Assembly (NCBI RefSeq): GCF_000299365.1
Contig: NC_018655.1
Location: 420,001-452,000, forward strand
DNA length: 32,000 bases
DNA from: Candidatus Nitrosopumilus koreensis AR1
GTDB taxonomy: Archaea; Thermoproteota; Nitrososphaeria; Nitrososphaerales; Nitrosopumilaceae
Direction of reading: 5' to 3'
A program made the translations under genes and the position numbers. This document shows positions 6,354-15,780 of the stretch, piece after piece. The first letter of the stretch is position 1. Each line of letters begins with the position of its first letter. The notes beneath the pieces were generated by a model, which saw only the letters and a program-made list of their open reading frames with translations, was not told the DNA's origin and made no database searches.

Positions 6354-6713
6354 ATGGTCGGTCTTTTCAAACACCCTAAACGTCAGATAAAGAAATTACT
6401 AAAAGATGGTGAATACGGGGAAGCGATTAAACTTGGAAAAAGTTTAGAATCTCAATATTCTAATGATCATGATTTTATGTTCATTATGGGCAGTGTCTAC
6501 TTTATAGTAGATGATGCAAAAAAAGCACTGCCTTATTTTGAAAAGGCATTCCAACTAGATCCAAATGACGTTGAGACACTTACTCTCAAAACCAATGTAC
6601 ATTTGGCTTTGGAGCAAAAAAACGAAGCAATAGATTGCTGCAAGCAAATTCTAAAAGTAGACGCAAAAAATTCTGAAGCCCAAGACTTGCTTGAGGAACT
6701 AGAAAGCCTGTAG
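6354..6713 (+). CDS. TPR-repeat protein
   Basis: 119 aa with TPR-like helices (AKKALPYFEKAFQLDPNDVETL..., NEAIDCCKQILKVDAKNSEA). Confidence 0.7.
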   Translation: MVGLFKHPKRQIKKLLKDGEYGEAIKLGKSLESQYSNDHDFMFIMGSVYFIVDDAKKALPYFEKAFQLDPNDVETLTLKTNVHLALEQKNEAIDCCKQILKVDAKNSEAQDLLEELESL

Positions 6714-6714
6714 A

Positions 6715-7191
6715 TTATTTCTTTTTCATCTGATATGCGTTTTCCATCAGCCAATCACAAAACGCTGTGACCTTTTCATCAAATTCTGTCCATATGTGAA
6801 CTGAGTGCGGCAAAATATCTATCTTCCAATTTTCTCCAAAAACTCTGACCCCTTCTTTGTTCTCATACATGTATGCATCTTCGGTCTTAACATCTCCTAG
6901 AAACTCTAATGCTTTTTGCTTGATTTGTTGACGGTCTATTGGGAATCTCTTTCTCTCATAGTCTACAATCAAACTCAAATCTCTTTTCCCATACATCTCA
7001 AATTCTTCAATTCTTCCCTCTTTTGGAAAATTTACCACAAGTTTGATGTTGTATTTTTTGCCTACCTCTTTTCCAATATCTACAATTCTAGTATATCCCA
7101 TTGCCGGATTTTTTTTTAAGAGGAATCTTATCTGTGCCAAGTCTTTTTTCAATGCATCTTGAAGATCTGAAATCAATTCTGAAAATATCAT
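6715..7191 (-). CDS. Hypothetical protein (158 aa)
   Basis: Long ORF with protein-like composition. No recognisable motif. Confidence 0.6.
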   Translation of the reverse strand: MIFSELISDLQDALKKDLAQIRFLLKKNPAMGYTRIVDIGKEVGKKYNIKLVVNFPKEGRIEEFEMYGKRDLSLIVDYERKRFPIDRQQIKQKALEFLGDVKTEDAYMYENKEGVRVFGENWKIDILPHSVHIWTEFDEKVTAFCDWLMENAYQMKKK

Positions 7192-7272
7192 GGTTATTTT
7201 AAAAAGAAATTCCTATTATAACCATTAATTTTTCCCAGATTGGTTTTTTTATGACTTTGAATGGCTTAGATC

Positions 7273-7914
7273 ATGGCAATGCCCACTGGTGATTCTATGA
7301 GAACTGGCGATGAGTCTGAGAGAACAACTGATGTGAATTCCTACCAGAGAACCTGTATGGACTTTATCGAAGACATCTCCCACGACTACGAGGCTTGGGT
7401 TGATTATTACAAACTGCCTGAGGATGAGGACAAAATACGAAGAAGTGGAATTCGTGCAACTATCACTAAAACAAATACTTGGATTGCCAAGGTTGCACAA
7501 TCAATCCCTGCAGTTGATGTTGTGATGAATGACGGCATTCAAAAGATGGCCGAATCCACTGCTGGAAAACCACTCCAAATTGGAGTGTTTGTAAACAAAA
7601 CTGCAAGCTATACTGAAGCAAAACCTGGCATAATTGATGTCAATGTAAAGGCTAGTGGAAGAGAGGGACGAAAGGTAAAACTTGGCTATCATTTCAAAGA
7701 TGACCGATTCCGTGTAGAGTCTACCTGTGGGGCATACATTGATGAATCCAATCTACCTACTGAAGAGTTTGACTTGATGGATATTCATCTAAAACTACGT
7801 GCAGAAAATGCAAAACAACGAGACGTTATTTCCTTTACAGTTACAGTTTATGAGATGGAGAACGGCGTTGAAACTGAAAAAAGAGGCCTAAGCACAATAG
7901 TACACATTGTTTGA
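7273..7914 (+). CDS. Hypothetical protein (213 aa)
   Basis: Long ORF with non-repetitive composition. No recognisable motif. Confidence 0.6.
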   Translation: MAMPTGDSMRTGDESERTTDVNSYQRTCMDFIEDISHDYEAWVDYYKLPEDEDKIRRSGIRATITKTNTWIAKVAQSIPAVDVVMNDGIQKMAESTAGKPLQIGVFVNKTASYTEAKPGIIDVNVKASGREGRKVKLGYHFKDDRFRVESTCGAYIDESNLPTEEFDLMDIHLKLRAENAKQRDVISFTVTVYEMENGVETEKRGLSTIVHIV

Positions 7915-7924
7915 TTTGGAAATT

Positions 7925-10188
7925 TTATCTAACAGGCTGCATCTCTGATTCCATTGCTGGCTCTTCTAGATAATCAATAAACTTGCCAGTGTTTTCTAGT
8001 TTTATTGAATTGATTTCATTCAAATCCTCAAAGGAATTCATCTTCAAAAATCCTTGTGATGCTGTATACAACACATCATCGATGTAAAACGTCCTTGCAT
8101 CATTCATTCCATAGTATCTCCAGTCATTGTCTGAATGGGTGATTGTTCCTTTTGCATCGAATCCGTTTGTCTTATCCAAATCAAAACGTAAAATCCACTC
8201 CATCTGTTATAGTCTGGTGCAAACATTTTGGAGCTTGTAATGTCGTCTAGGCTTTTAACATCTGCACTTATTGGAATGGATAAAACATTTCTTGTTTTAT
8301 CAAAAAAGAATGCCTTGTGGTTGTGCAATGCTTCTGATTGAGTGGAACTGTCTCCAATTATGTAGTCATCTACAACTTTGGGGTTACTTACATCTGCCAC
8401 GTTGAATAATGCGATTTTGACACCCAATTGCTGAACTCTTCCATTGTCTGTTTCTTTAGTATCTCTTCCTATTCCTATGACATGTTCTTCATCATATGGG
8501 TGAAGATAGTTTGAAAATCCTGGAATCTTTAATTCTCCTAGTATTTTTGGTGTGTCTGTTGATAAATCAATTACAAAGAATGGGTCAATTTGCTGAAATG
8601 TTACCAAATAGAGCCTGTCTCCCATGAATCTTGATGAAAATATGCTCTCATCAGGTGCAATGTCTTCAAGTTCTCCTACTATGTTTAACTGCTCATCTAA
8701 GACATATACTGCATTTGATCTGACTGTTCCTTCATGTTGAATGTAGTATTCTGTGGTGGTTGCAACTCTGAATCTATCTCCTGACTCATCCATTGAGAAT
8801 TGATTTAGCAATCTTCCTGGGACTGTTCCCTTTGCAACATACTCTATTTTGTCTTCGTCAATTGAAATCTTATGAATAATTGTCTTTCTTGTATCTTCTT
8901 GAATTTTTGCATCGTACTCGTTTAATGCCTCTCTTATTTTCTCAAACAACTCTTCTCTTTCTTGTTTGTCCATCTTGTTGTAAGAGTCCTGCATCATTTC
9001 AGAAATCTTTGCCCATTGTTCTGATGTATTCAATGAAGAATTATTTTGGATTGATTTAATCTGATCTTGAATGCTGTTTGGTAGCAATGGTACGATTACA
9101 TCGTAGAATCTATCTCGTGATGAATTTTCATAAAATCCAAATGGCATATTTTGTTGATATGTTAAATAGAAATTATTCTCTGAAACATAAAATGAGCCAG
9201 TATATCCCATCAAGAAAGTTTCAGAATTTACTGTATCTCCAAATATATCAATTGCAGTAAGTGTGTTAAAGTTTGAAAATTCTTCTACATTGTCAAAGTA
9301 AAATGCATCTGGGGTCATGATTCTTACAGAATCTTCCATTATTACTGGTAGTCTTGGATATTGGTGATTGACATAGCTGTTTGTAACAAAATATGCGTAA
9401 TCTCCAATCATTCTGGCATCACTGAAATGACCATCAATGGAGTAATCTTTGAGAATGATTGGATTTTCCTTGTCTGATACATCTACGATTAATGCATGAG
9501 TGACTGGATTGTAAGAAGGTCTTGGAATAAAGTCAAACTGTGGTATTATTTCCTCATCGCTTTGTCCATTGTAAAATATCACCAATCTGTCACCATTGAG
9601 GAACATGTTGTGAATGTATTGCGATTCGATATCTAGAGCGATTTTGAGAATTAATTTTGCGTCTTCTGCAGGATATGCATCAATTATTGAAAGTGTGTTT
9701 CTTGAAACAATGTACACGTACTTTGAGTCGTTTTTGAGATAATCTGGCTCATCAACATTTTGCACTTGGACGTTTGTAGTGGAGTAGTCGGTTCCTCCCA
9801 TTTTAGAAACTCCGTCTCCTACACTTGGTTCTGCTGTTGGAACTGGTGCCTCTGTATTTTCTGCTGATTCAAACATTACCATATCCTCATCCATTGCCAT
9901 GTTTCTAACAACTCTGGTATCGTAGAATATTTCTCCTCCAAACATTGATGATGCTTCAAGTATGGATGCCAATTCTTCTTGTGATGCTATTTTCTTTATC
10001 TCGTTTGTTCCATCAAAAAACTCTGAAATTGATTTATCTACATAGATAACTTCTGGTTCTAAGGTCTCTGTAACTATTCTAATTTGGGGTTCTTGGTCAA
10101 AAGGTATAGCATACATGACTCCTGCTGTTACTATTACCGAAACGATTACTGCAATTGGAATTATTATTTTTGAGCTCATTTTCATCAT
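7925..10188 (-). pseudogene. Membrane-anchored or secreted beta-propeller-domain protein (COG4880 / Beta_propel-like), split by a 1-nt frameshift near 8183-8190
   Basis: Track ORFs 8104..10188 and 7925..8203 overlap by 100 nt. The reading ...NRWSGFYV in one frame continues as FDLDKTNGFDAKGTITH...RTFYIDDVLYTASQGFLKMN in the other, a single recognisable family C-terminus. N-terminal TM helix: KIIIPIAVIVSVIVTAGVMYAI. Confidence 0.8.
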
Positions 10189-10249
10189 CTTTTTTCATTC
10201 ATTTGTTTTAGTGGTTACTATTCTTTGGTAGTTGAAGATAAAAGGATTA

Positions 10250-10267
10250 GTGAAATTGAAATTTCAC
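10250..10267. promoter_or_regulatory. 18-bp palindrome GTGAAATT-GA-AATTTCAC in the divergent promoter region, a candidate operator
   Basis: Perfect 8-bp arms read directly. It lies 41 nt upstream of ATG 10308 and 62 nt upstream of start 10188. Confidence 0.5.
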
Positions 10268-10307
10268 CAAACAACTTACATATTCGGGATTCTAATCATT
10301 CATCTTA

Positions 10308-11021
10308 ATGTCTGCTGAAAACCCTGATGATGGATTGACCGAAAAAATCAAAATTTTGGCTACGGATGATGAAAAAATAAAGTCATTTGGAGAGCTCTTT
10401 ACAAATGATTCTAGCCGTGAAATATTACAATTACTGTTTAATGAAGAATTAACTGCAAATCAGATTGCACAAAAAACTGACATCTCACTACAATTGGTAA
10501 AATACCATCTGAATAAACTACAAGATTTGGGTGTCGTAAAGATTACAAAGATTGAAAAAAACTCCAAATCTCAGGACATGAAAGTTTACTCTGCTACAAA
10601 ATTTAGTATTGTGATTGTTCCTCCAAAACTTTCTGAAAAAACTAAAGAAAGTAAATTACTTGTTCGCTCTTTTAGACACATCTACAAAGTAGCAGGATTT
10701 GCTATTGCAACTGGCGTTTCTGGATTGTTGTCTTTGTCTCAATTGCAAACAAAACCAATACCGGTAAGTGACACAAGACAATTTACTGCCCCTGAAGAAT
10801 TATCCAAACGATTAGAGTCTGCTGATGAATCAGCCAGTTCTATGATTGCTTCAGCGCCTGTAGCAGAATCTGAACCACAAGATTTTGCACAAGGCGGTTT
10901 AGACATTACAGAAACTACACTTGATTCTGGCATTGATCTGTTTATTCCATTTGTAATCATTACAATGATTCTTGGTGGATTGACCGCTTACTATGTGTGG
11001 AAGTACAAAAAATCTAATTAA
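10308..11021 (+). CDS. ArsR-type winged-helix transcription factor with central and C-terminal transmembrane segments
   Basis: N-terminal SREILQLLFNEELTANQIAQKTDISLQLVKYHLNKLQDLGVV is a typical ArsR/SmtB-like HTH. Hydrophobic segments: VAGFAIATGVSGLLSLSQL and LFIPFVIITMILGGLTAYYVW. Confidence 0.8.
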   Translation: MSAENPDDGLTEKIKILATDDEKIKSFGELFTNDSSREILQLLFNEELTANQIAQKTDISLQLVKYHLNKLQDLGVVKITKIEKNSKSQDMKVYSATKFSIVIVPPKLSEKTKESKLLVRSFRHIYKVAGFAIATGVSGLLSLSQLQTKPIPVSDTRQFTAPEELSKRLESADESASSMIASAPVAESEPQDFAQGGLDITETTLDSGIDLFIPFVIITMILGGLTAYYVWKYKKSN

Positions 11022-11335
11022 TCTAGAGTTACTTCTATTGTAACTCTTTTTTCTTTTGCTCTTTCCTCCCCGGGGTATTTTAATTCAGAAATTTTTTTAC
11101 TCAACTCTTCATCTGTAACTAGTTTTGCTTGTCCAAAAAACATTGAATCCTTGTATTGAATTTTGACTCGAGGGTTTGTTACTGCGTTTTGAAACCAGTC
11201 TCCGTCTGGCATGTGTCTGGAAAAATAGATTTTGCCATTATAATTCACTGCTCTTAACATTACTGCGTGCTCTTTTCCTGTTTTTCTTCCCTTTGTGATT
11301 AGAACTGGCCTGAACAGGTCTTCTGTAATCTTCAT
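11018..11335 (-). CDS. Small PNPOx-like split-barrel protein (deazaflavin-dependent nitroreductase family-like)
   Basis: The pattern LITKGRKTGKEHAVMLRAV...DWFQNAVTNPRVKIQ resembles the TTxGRKSG...WxxNxxANPxV signature of that family, recalled from memory. Confidence 0.55.
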   Translation of the reverse strand: MKITEDLFRPVLITKGRKTGKEHAVMLRAVNYNGKIYFSRHMPDGDWFQNAVTNPRVKIQYKDSMFFGQAKLVTDEELSKKISELKYPGEERAKEKRVTIEVTLD

Positions 11336-11423
11336 GCGTGATTTTCTTCTGTCAAGTAATTTAACCCCATTGCTAGAAATTTCTGATATTTGGTATGATA
11401 AGCAAATCTGAACATTTCAAGTC

Positions 11424-11876
11424 ATGTCAGTAAAACTAGAAGGAATGCCATCAAATCTGGCAACCGCAGATACTTTTACTGGAAAAAAAGTCATAGACAG
11501 AGAAGGAATAGAGTACGGCAAGGTCAAACATATTCACATCAACCAAGATACGCTTGTCGTATCCGGAGTTACAATCCATCAGGGATTTAACAAAGACTAT
11601 TTTCTCTCTGAAGATTACATTGACAAATTTGCTGAGGAGACACTACTTCTTAGCAGACCTCCTATCCGAACAGGAATTCCAGTAACTGATATTGACCGCC
11701 ATAAGATTGGCAAAGTAAAGAGATTGCATAGACATCCTGATACAAATGAATTAGAATCAATCGAAGTGTCTGATGGATTGATGCATTCTAAAATTCTGTC
11801 CAAATCGGAAATTTGGGGAATTGGCGAAAAAATCATTTTAAGAATGACTAAAGAAGAATTCAAGACTCTTGAATGA
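11424..11876 (+). CDS. PRC-barrel domain protein
   Basis: GKKVIDREGIEYGKVKHIHINQDTLVVSGVTI and a second similar half (DIDRHKIGKVKRLHRHPDTNELESIEVS). Confidence 0.7.
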   Translation: MSVKLEGMPSNLATADTFTGKKVIDREGIEYGKVKHIHINQDTLVVSGVTIHQGFNKDYFLSEDYIDKFAEETLLLSRPPIRTGIPVTDIDRHKIGKVKRLHRHPDTNELESIEVSDGLMHSKILSKSEIWGIGEKIILRMTKEEFKTLE

Positions 11877-11904
11877 TTTTTTAATTTCTTTTTTTCAAAT
11901 ACCG

Positions 11905-12003
11905 CTATTCTGTCTTCTTGGCGCAGTTTTCACAAACAGGAATTCCCTCTTGTACTGTTACCTCGACATTTGATGAGTGACATTTCTGACATAATCCTTT
12001 CAT
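11905..12003 (-). CDS. 32-aa zinc-ribbon mini-protein (CxxC-x15-CxxC)
   Basis: Hand translation: MKGLCQKCHSSNVEVTVQEGIPVCENCAKKTE. TTTAAAGA lies about 20-27 nt upstream on the minus strand. It sits in an otherwise empty 195-bp gap. Confidence 0.4.
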   Translation of the reverse strand: MKGLCQKCHSSNVEVTVQEGIPVCENCAKKTE

Positions 12004-12071
12004 AAAAAAACTCTGAAATTACTCTTTAAATTTTTTTGTTGATTGTTGGTTGAATAATTAGCAATTTATAA

Positions 12072-13091
12072 TTGAAAAATGCGATCTATGTATTGTATTC
12101 AGTTGAGACAAAATCTCTAACAAAATCATTTGGTGATGTAACTGCTGTAGATGATATCTCTTTTACTGTTGAAACTGGCGAGATCTTTGGATTTCTTGGA
12201 CCTAATGGTGCAGGAAAAAGCACTACTATGATGATTCTGACAACTCTTCTAAAACCAACGTCTGGTCAAGCTTTGATTTCTGGGTGTGATGTTGTGGCTG
12301 ATGCAAAAAAGGTTAGAGAAAACATTGGATATGTACAACAAGAAACCACTGTAGATGAATATCTTACTGGACGTGAAAATCTTTTGTTGCAAGCAAAACT
12401 TAATCACATTCCAAAAAATGAGATTAATTCAAGAATAGATGAAGTTTTAGACTTGATTGAATTGTCTGACAAACAGAATGAGTCGGTTGTAACTTATTCT
12501 GGTGGAATGAGAAAGAGATTGGATATTGCAGGTGGGTTGTTACACCGGCCAAAAGTTTTGTTTCTAGATGAGCCTACTGTGGGACTTGATATCCAAACTA
12601 GGAGAAAAATCTGGGAATACATCAAAAAAATTCATGATGAGTTTGATATGACAATATTTCTTTCAACACATTACATGGAGGAAGCTGATCAACTATGTGA
12701 TAGAATTGGAATTATTGATGATGGTAAAATTCAGGTTATTGATTCCCCTGAAAACATGAAAAATGCTATGGGCAATGAAGTCATTTCAATTATGATTGAC
12801 AACGATGAAAATCGAGATTCATTCTTGTCTGAATTGCACGAAATAGAATCTGTTAACAAAATTACTGAAGATGGGTCTAAACTTACCCTCTTTGTATCAA
12901 ATGGAACTGAAGTAATTCCTAAAATATTTTCAATTTCTTCAGAGATTGGAATTAAAATTACTTCTATCTCATTAACTCAACCAACACTTGATGATGTTTT
13001 CATATCTTATACTGGTCATGAAATAAGAGATGATGATTCTACATTTAATCGAAAACGAGAACATGCAAAAATGAAGAGGTTACGCGCATGA
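12072..13091 (+). CDS. ABC transporter ATP-binding protein (ABC-2 / DrrA-like exporter type)
   Basis: Walker A GPNGAGKST, signature YSGGMRKRL, Walker B LFLDEPT. The start codon is uncertain (TTG 12072 or TTG 12093). Confidence 0.9.
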   Translation: MKNAIYVLYSVETKSLTKSFGDVTAVDDISFTVETGEIFGFLGPNGAGKSTTMMILTTLLKPTSGQALISGCDVVADAKKVRENIGYVQQETTVDEYLTGRENLLLQAKLNHIPKNEINSRIDEVLDLIELSDKQNESVVTYSGGMRKRLDIAGGLLHRPKVLFLDEPTVGLDIQTRRKIWEYIKKIHDEFDMTIFLSTHYMEEADQLCDRIGIIDDGKIQVIDSPENMKNAMGNEVISIMIDNDENRDSFLSELHEIESVNKITEDGSKLTLFVSNGTEVIPKIFSISSEIGIKITSISLTQPTLDDVFISYTGHEIRDDDSTFNRKREHAKMKRLRA

Positions 13092-13873
13092 ATACTTTGA
13101 TGTATGATACTTATACAATTTTTTGGAGGGAACTAAAGAGATACAAAAAATCCCGTAGTGGTGTTTTGATTAGACTAATACAACCCGCAATTTGGATTAT
13201 CGTTATTGGAAACACATTCTCAGGTACTCAACCATTAATTCAATCAGTTGGATTTGAAGGTGAATATATTGAGTTTATGGCACCTGGTGTCATTATTCTT
13301 ACTGCAATTTTTACAAGCATTTTTGGTGGTGTCAATACTTTGTGGGATCGGCGTTATGGTTTTATGAACAAAGCTCTAACATCTCCGATTTCTCGTTCTG
13401 CTGTTGCACTTGGGAAGATGTCTGCAATATCTTTGATTGCAGCACTGCAGGCAAGTTTGATTTTAGGAATTGCATTGGCAATAGGTGTTACATTTCCAAA
13501 TCCAATAATGATTGCGCCAATAATGGCAATTGTAATTTTATTTTCTCTAGGATTTTCAGGAATATCTGTGATTGTTGCAGCTACAGCAAAGTCACAAGAA
13601 ACTTTCTGGGGTGTGATTAATTTTCTTGGTATGCCATTATTCATGCTGAGTCCTGCATTATTCCCATTAGAGCTCCTTCCTGACTGGCTTGCAACTATCG
13701 CAAAACTAAACCCTGTAACCTACACTGTTTTGCTTGTAAGGGAGATGATGACAGGTGTGTCTGAAGGAGGGGTGTCTGTACTACTCAGCCTTGGAATTAT
13801 AGTTGTCTTTGTATTGGTGATGGTTGGGCTTGCAAGCTATGTGTTTACACGTGAAGTCAACAAACCATTTTGA
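13088..13873 (+). CDS. ABC-2 type transporter permease
   Basis: ATGA start/stop overlap with the ATPase gene. About 6 hydrophobic segments, 261 aa. Confidence 0.85.
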   Translation: MNTLMYDTYTIFWRELKRYKKSRSGVLIRLIQPAIWIIVIGNTFSGTQPLIQSVGFEGEYIEFMAPGVIILTAIFTSIFGGVNTLWDRRYGFMNKALTSPISRSAVALGKMSAISLIAALQASLILGIALAIGVTFPNPIMIAPIMAIVILFSLGFSGISVIVAATAKSQETFWGVINFLGMPLFMLSPALFPLELLPDWLATIAKLNPVTYTVLLVREMMTGVSEGGVSVLLSLGIIVVFVLVMVGLASYVFTREVNKPF

Positions 13874-14010
13874 GATAAAGAGGTTCTGATGTAATTGATG
13901 GCAGTTCTGATAGTGCTAACTGTTATGATTCACTAGAAAACGTCATTTAGTTATAATGAATATTTTTCTCTTAATCTTTATTCTATTAATTTAGAATTTT
14001 TTTGTGATCT

Positions 14011-14024
14011 TTTCTATATAGAAC
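14011..14024. promoter_or_regulatory. TTTCTATATAGAAC box (12-bp perfect palindrome TTCTATATAGAA), copy 1, 62 nt upstream of the secreted repeat-protein gene
   Basis: Exact 14-mer shared with 15791-15804. Contains a TATA-like core. Confidence 0.45.
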
Positions 14025-14085
14025 CATGTTTTATTGGTAGAGAATGAGGATGTGATTTATAATGATTTTTTTTTTCTGAAAGTTA

Positions 14086-15717
14086 ATGACTATTAAAAAC
14101 GTACAACGCATTGCAGTGTTTAGCATTCTTGCAACGATTGCTTTTGCTACCTTTGCAAATTCTAACGTATTTGCTGAGGAAAGTGAAGGATACGATATGG
14201 TTGGAGATATCACTCCTGTACTGACTTTTACCTTCAGAGATGGAGTTGAAGTACATTCATTTCCTGTCTTTAACATGGGCGAAAATTTTGTAGATGACTC
14301 TGGGGTTTCTTTCTCTGTTGAAGGAATTGTTTCCAAATCCCCATTACTGCACAAAGCAATGGATGAGGCTTACAAATATCGATTTTCAAATAATGCATTT
14401 GATTATCAAATGAAATACTTTGATGTTGATGCTGATTTTGTTAGAGATGGCGAATCTGTAATATCATTGGACTATAACACTTGTAGAGTAGATAACTATC
14501 AGGTTGAAACACTTGATTCTAATGACTATGAAAGTTATTTCCAAGAAGTTGGATTCGCAGTTGTAGATAAGATAGATTTTGTATGTAGTGGTGTAAATTC
14601 CAATAATGACTTTGTAAAGCCAACTAACTCTCTCACTGATTTTGGTGATTCTGGATTTACTTTTGCAAAGAACACTAAAACTTCTGTAACCTTCATGTAT
14701 GATAATGGTGCAGAAAAAATAGAGTTTCCTGTGTTTAATCTAGTTTCAGCATATGAGGAATCTCAAGAGAATGTTGTTGCAGAATTTGAAGTGGAGGGTG
14801 TTTTAGAATACTATCCATTGCTGTACAAGGCAATTACTAATTCAAGAGCAATTTCTGGAACTTCTTATGCATCAAATGAGGATTTTGATGTTAAAGTAGA
14901 ATTTGTCAATGGTGAGAATATTCTTCGAGGATTTAATTTCCGAGAATGTATTGTAAGTGACGCTAAGATTGTCACAAAGGCTGACAAAGAAGAGGGCTTT
15001 ACTGGAAAGAGTGGATTTGTTATTGCTCATCAGTTAGGGTTCACATGTTCTGGACTTAAACCAGTAAACATGAACTATGATGAACTTCGAGGTGATACTC
15101 CTACTTGGAAAGTATCTCAACTTTCAAATGTCTATGTAGAATCTCTGCAAAACACTGCTCAAGGATTAGATGTGTTTACAACATTTACTTTTGCAAATGG
15201 TATTGAGACAATTGAGTTCTCAATGTTTAAGCAAAGTGAGGTGTTGACTTCAACTGAAAATGTTGATAATGAAAATGGTGACAAAGATGTTGCTGCACAA
15301 AAGTTTACAAGAAAAACTGTTGCACCTACAGTGGAATTGAGAGGAATTGTCGGTGACTATCCGATGTTGTATAAGCATGTAGATGACAACCGTAAAATCC
15401 AAAATGTAGCCGGAACTGCACTAAAAGATCTTGTAGATATTGACGTGGAAATTGTATCTGATGGTGAAGTAATTCGTGGATTCAATTATTCCAACTGTAG
15501 AGTGACTGACTATACTGTTGAAACAGATCCAAACAATGAAGAGAGTTACACCAAAAACAAGTTTGTATTAGAAAACATCTTTGACTTTGAATGCCAAGGA
15601 TACACTCCAAACAATCCAATCTATGATGCAATGTTCAAAACAGAATCTGCAAAAAATACAAGTTCTAAAGATCTCAGAAATACTCAAAACTGGGGTATAG
15701 GTTTCTACAAACAGTAG
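14086..15717 (+). CDS. Secreted protein built from three ~130-145-aa internal repeats, unknown function
   Basis: Signal-like N-terminus IAVFSILATIAFATFANSNVFA/EE. Repeats cover about aa 43-170, 199-323 and 363-508. Each has TFxFxxGxExxxF(P/S)(V/M)F, VEG(I/V), P(L/M)LYK, a D-x-DV-E-x-V-x-G stretch, C-x-V and F-x-C-x-G. Confidence 0.85.
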   Translation: MTIKNVQRIAVFSILATIAFATFANSNVFAEESEGYDMVGDITPVLTFTFRDGVEVHSFPVFNMGENFVDDSGVSFSVEGIVSKSPLLHKAMDEAYKYRFSNNAFDYQMKYFDVDADFVRDGESVISLDYNTCRVDNYQVETLDSNDYESYFQEVGFAVVDKIDFVCSGVNSNNDFVKPTNSLTDFGDSGFTFAKNTKTSVTFMYDNGAEKIEFPVFNLVSAYEESQENVVAEFEVEGVLEYYPLLYKAITNSRAISGTSYASNEDFDVKVEFVNGENILRGFNFRECIVSDAKIVTKADKEEGFTGKSGFVIAHQLGFTCSGLKPVNMNYDELRGDTPTWKVSQLSNVYVESLQNTAQGLDVFTTFTFANGIETIEFSMFKQSEVLTSTENVDNENGDKDVAAQKFTRKTVAPTVELRGIVGDYPMLYKHVDDNRKIQNVAGTALKDLVDIDVEIVSDGEVIRGFNYSNCRVTDYTVETDPNNEESYTKNKFVLENIFDFECQGYTPNNPIYDAMFKTESAKNTSSKDLRNTQNWGIGFYKQ

Positions 15718-15780
15718 ATTCTTTTTTCTTTTATTTTTCATTTTAGAATTTTTATAATTGCGATCAGCTTGTTTTCTACT

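Noticed and set aside
11336-11423. Possible C/D-box sRNA (GTGATTT ... CTGA ... TGATAA ... CTGA)
   Set aside because: The C to D' distance is about 40 nt and the C' to D distance only about 6 nt. Both are incompatible with the ~12-nt guide spacing of archaeal C/D sRNAs.
13881-13950. Possible C/D-box sRNA (GTTCTGAT direct repeat at 13883 and 13904, TGATGG and ATGATT elements)
   Set aside because: The box sequences deviate from RUGAUGA/CUGA. No terminal D box exists, and the C-D' and C'-D spacings are wrong.
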